NCBI RefSeq assembly: GCF_006345805.1
Contig: NW_021826467.1
Span: 1 to 12,788 of the forward strand
Direction: 5' to 3'
Length of the DNA: 12,788 bases
From: Octopus sinensis
Lineage: Eukaryota
A model generated the notes under the pieces. The model saw only the letters and a program-made list of their open reading frames with translations. It did not search any database and had not been told where the DNA came from. Shown here in pieces: positions 9,929-12,788 of this stretch. The stretch's first letter is position 1; every line of letters starts with the position of its first letter. A program made the position numbers and the translations under genes.

Positions 9929-10037
9929 GCTTCATTGTTTCTGGGGTTGTGGGTTGATATGTATGGGGGTGATTTAAAGCGAGGTGATTTAAATCACTCC
10001 CATACATATCAACCCACAACCCCAGAAATAATGCAGC
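9929..10037. repeat. Inverted repeat/hairpin with ~50-bp stem and 9-nt loop
   Basis: 9938-9978 pairs with 9988-10028 (40/41 Watson-Crick plus one G-T) and extends to 9929/10037 with one further G-T and one T-C mismatch. Confidence 0.95.
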
Positions 10038-10800
10038 ATACAACAGAATTATACAAAATCTCCCTCTACTCACTCAAGACCCGAAATTGAACAACATCCT
10101 AAATACACACAAACTACTAAAATGCAAAAGACAAGACAAATCATTTAAGAGACTCCTAACAAATGCAAAACTATACTCAATACAATCGATACTAATAGTT
10201 AAAAATGCAGACGACCTAATTGTGGTACTTTTCCGTACCTAACTGAAGGCTCGGAATTCACATTCCAGCAAAGAAAAAGATTCTGAATTAAGACCAACTT
10301 CACATGTGCTTCCCAGAACCTTATCTTTATCCTAACCTGCTCAGGTTGTCGTCACAATTATGTGGGCCAAACGAGCCTTAGTTTGAGACGCAGAGTCACG
10401 CTGCATAAAGAACAGATTCGTTTCCCTCAATACAGGCAGATAGCACTGACGGACATATCGACAGATGCGCAAGTAATAAAACGCCGAATTTTGATATTTT
10501 CCCCTTATAACAATGCAAGGATTCAATCTCAGTACAAGAACGCCTAAACAAGGGAAACCTGTTCATACAAAAGTACAGACCACACCTCGAGATACAAATT
10601 TGACCATTTTAAGAATTATACTAAGGAGCCAGTTGTCCCTCTTGCCACCTGTTGCTTCCCATGGTTGACTCTCTAGACTCATTCTTCTTATTCTTCAAAC
10701 ATCCCAAATGACGAGACCCCTCTGTCACGAGAAGTGATTACTATACAATGTCCCTTGAAACGGTAATTTAAATTTTGAAAACCGGTTGGATTGCAAGACA
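9988..10800 (+). mobile_element. Degenerate 5'-truncated Penelope-like element: RT-EN linker and GIY-YIG endonuclease
   Basis: Translation with 2 frameshifts and 2 stops gives LPYISTHNPRN..QDPKLNNIL..KCKRQDKSFKRLLTNAKL / KCRRPNCGTFPYL..NFTCASQNLIFILTCSGCRHNYVGQTSLSLRRRVTLHKEQIR / HIDRCA..FDIFPL..FIQKYRPHL. The ORF ends at 10601-10603. The 3' boundary is approximate. Confidence 0.88.
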
Positions 10801-10973
10801 TCCATATAATATGTATATATTTATAAAAAGATATTAAACTATATGAAACGAAGGCATTTCTTTTCCCCTTTTTATATTTTTTCCCACATATTTTCAGCTC
10901 ATAATTTTGCCACGTGGTGTATACTGAATCTTCGTTATCTTTGCTCCTTGTATATATATATTATACGCCGACA

Positions 10974-11528
10974 AACATATATAACTGAAAATTCTCTTGT
11001 ACTTTTGTGAATTCCGTGTCATCTGTTTAAACATGTGAATATACACCTAGGATAGATATTTAAAATTCGTTTGGTATTAGATACTTTATAGAGCGAAACC
11101 ATACAGCAAAACATTTATCTGGTTTAAATTGACCTATTGCCTCTGGACACAAAATATTTAAATCTCTTTGTACATCATCTATAGTTACTTGACTTGCGTA
11201 AATACGGTCTTGATATTACAGAGCGTACGATGCACAATGACAAGAAACCTAAAATTGAAGAGAATGGAAATTGGCTACTCAGAATAAGTCTTAGCGATCG
11301 GTGAAAGATACAGAAGAGCAGGAGGTAGAGGTTGAAGATGAAATATAAAGGGTAAGTGATGAAGAGAAAACAAAATGTTATAATTTTGGTCATATGATAA
11401 ACTTTTCACATAGTGATATTTGGTTCATATTTGCAATTACCCGTGGGAAATATTGCAGTAAAAATAAGGAGCATTTCAAAACAAATACATCGATTTTACA
11501 ATAAAAATTTTTGTATATTTAATGTAAA
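10974..11528 (+). repeat. Local segmental duplication, copy 2 (SINE-free allele of the site)
   Basis: Matches 8099-8640 plus 9074-9086. Confidence 0.95.
11185..11351 (+). other. Candidate 167-nt exon, copy 2
   Basis: Identical acceptor (AG at 11183-11184) and donor (GTAAGT at 11352). Confidence 0.5.
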
Positions 11529-11578
11529 GAAATTATTATCATCATCATCATAATAATAATAATAATAATAATAATAAT

Positions 11579-11899
11579 AGACCTGGAAATAGAGGTAACT
11601 AGAATGTGGAACCTGAAAACAGAAACAATTCCTATCATAGTAGGTGCATTAGGCATGATAAAAAAATATTCAGACAAATACATAACAAAAACACCAGGAC
11701 TTACAAACAATATAACATACAGAAAAATTGCACTACTAGGCACTGCACACATCCTACGCAGAACACTTTCCATACAATACCATCAGAGCATCACAACAAA
11801 TCACAGCACATGCCCAAGGCACACACAGAGCTGTGCTCGGTAGTGAAGTGAAAGCACGCTATAAAAATAAAACTACTGAATAATAATAATAATAATAAT

Positions 11900-11922
<23 letters not shown>
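11579..11922 (+). mobile_element. 3'-end fragment of an R4/Dong-clade RLE non-LTR retrotransposon (copy A) within (TAA)n
   Basis: DLEIEVTRMWNLKTETIPIIVGALGMIKKY..KIALLGTAHILRRTLSIQ is typical of the RLE C-terminus. (TAA)n lies both upstream (11551-11578) and downstream (11879-11922). Confidence 0.88.
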
Positions 11923-11958
<36 letters not shown>

Positions 11959-11963
11959 TATTA

Positions 11964-12000
<37 letters not shown>

Positions 12001-12788
12001 ATTATTATTATTATTATTATTCAGTGCTTTTTTTTTATATCGTGTTTTCACATCACTACCAAGCGCGGCTCTGTGTGTCTTGGGTATGTGCTGTGTTTTG
12101 TTGTGATGCTCTGATGGTTACTGTATTGAAAGTGTTTTGCGTAGGATGTGAGCAGTGCCCAGTAGTGCGATATTCTGTATGTTATATGTGTTTGTAAGTC
12201 CTGATGATTTTGTTATGTATTTGTCTGAATATTTTTTATCACGCCTAATGTACCTACTATGATAGGAATTGTTTCTGTTTTTAGATTCCACATTCAAGTC
12301 TCCTGTATTTCCAGGTCTTTGTATTTTGAAAGTTTCTCCATTTCTTTTAGAGACATGTTGTCATCTGCTGGTATTGATACATCAGTTAGAAAGCATTTTT
12401 TTCTTCATGATCTCTGACAACTATATTTGGTCTGTTGGCCTTAATTTCTCTATATCTGTGTATCTGCATATCCCAGAGTATGGTTGCTTTCTCGTTTCTG
12501 TGACCTTTTCTCGGATGTGCCTATACCATCTTTTTTTCTGTTGTCATTCATAATGTTGGCATAGCTTCCAATGTATGTAGGTCCAACTCTGTCATGTCTG
12601 TGAATATATTCCTTCTTAGCCAGGACTGGCGCCAGAGATAATATGATTATTGTTTCTTGTCCATCTCCACATATTCTGCAGTTACATGTTATATTTCTTT
12701 TCATTATATGTTTTTGGTAATTTCTGGTGGGGAGGCTTTGGTCTTGTGCTGCAATTAAAAATCCCTCTGTCTCTGCTTTCAACCATTG
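11923..12788 (-). mobile_element. R4/Dong-clade RLE non-LTR retrotransposon (copy B), degenerate, running off the window end
   Basis: Minus strand encodes the zinc-knuckle region CRICGDGQET(frameshift), HRHDRV, LWDMQIH..IKANRPNIVVRDHEE (PD-D/E motif with the Asp as Asn) and KYKDLEI..MWNLKTETIPIIVG. The tail is (TAA)n(CAA)n(TAA)n at 11923-12020. Confidence 0.92.

Noticed and set aside
10749-10800. Imperfect hairpin CTTGAAA-CGGT...ACCG in the Penelope 3' region as a possible hammerhead
   Set aside because: Penelope-like elements often carry hammerheads, but here the conserved GAAA after stem II is missing. It would need an Infernal search to revive.
10856-10897. Strong polypyrimidine acceptor ending ttttcAG
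   Set aside because: No convincing donor or open frame follows.

Overview
AT-rich, microsatellite-dense eukaryotic DNA. The repeat content looks like an octopus/coleoid cephalopod genome; this is inferred from my recognition of the SINE, RTE and Dong/R4-type repeats, not from a database search. No complete host gene, RNA gene or prokaryotic system is supported, and most long ORFs in the track are low-complexity or antisense artefacts. The window holds three tRNA-derived SINEs from two families, a 5'-truncated RTE-clade LINE (minus, 4734-7500) with a C4HC3 PHD-type motif inside ORF2, and a degenerate Penelope-like GIY-YIG fragment with a fold-back at its 5' end. It also holds two tail-to-tail R4/Dong-type fragments in (TAA)n and an unclassified repeat whose 88-bp head brackets the LINE. 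The most interesting non-TE signal is a ~550-bp block duplicated at 8099-8640 and 10974-11528. Its central 167 bp is bounded by canonical splice signals and is about four-fold more conserved than its flanks. I cannot claim a new biological system from sequence alone; the findings are ranked, testable leads.
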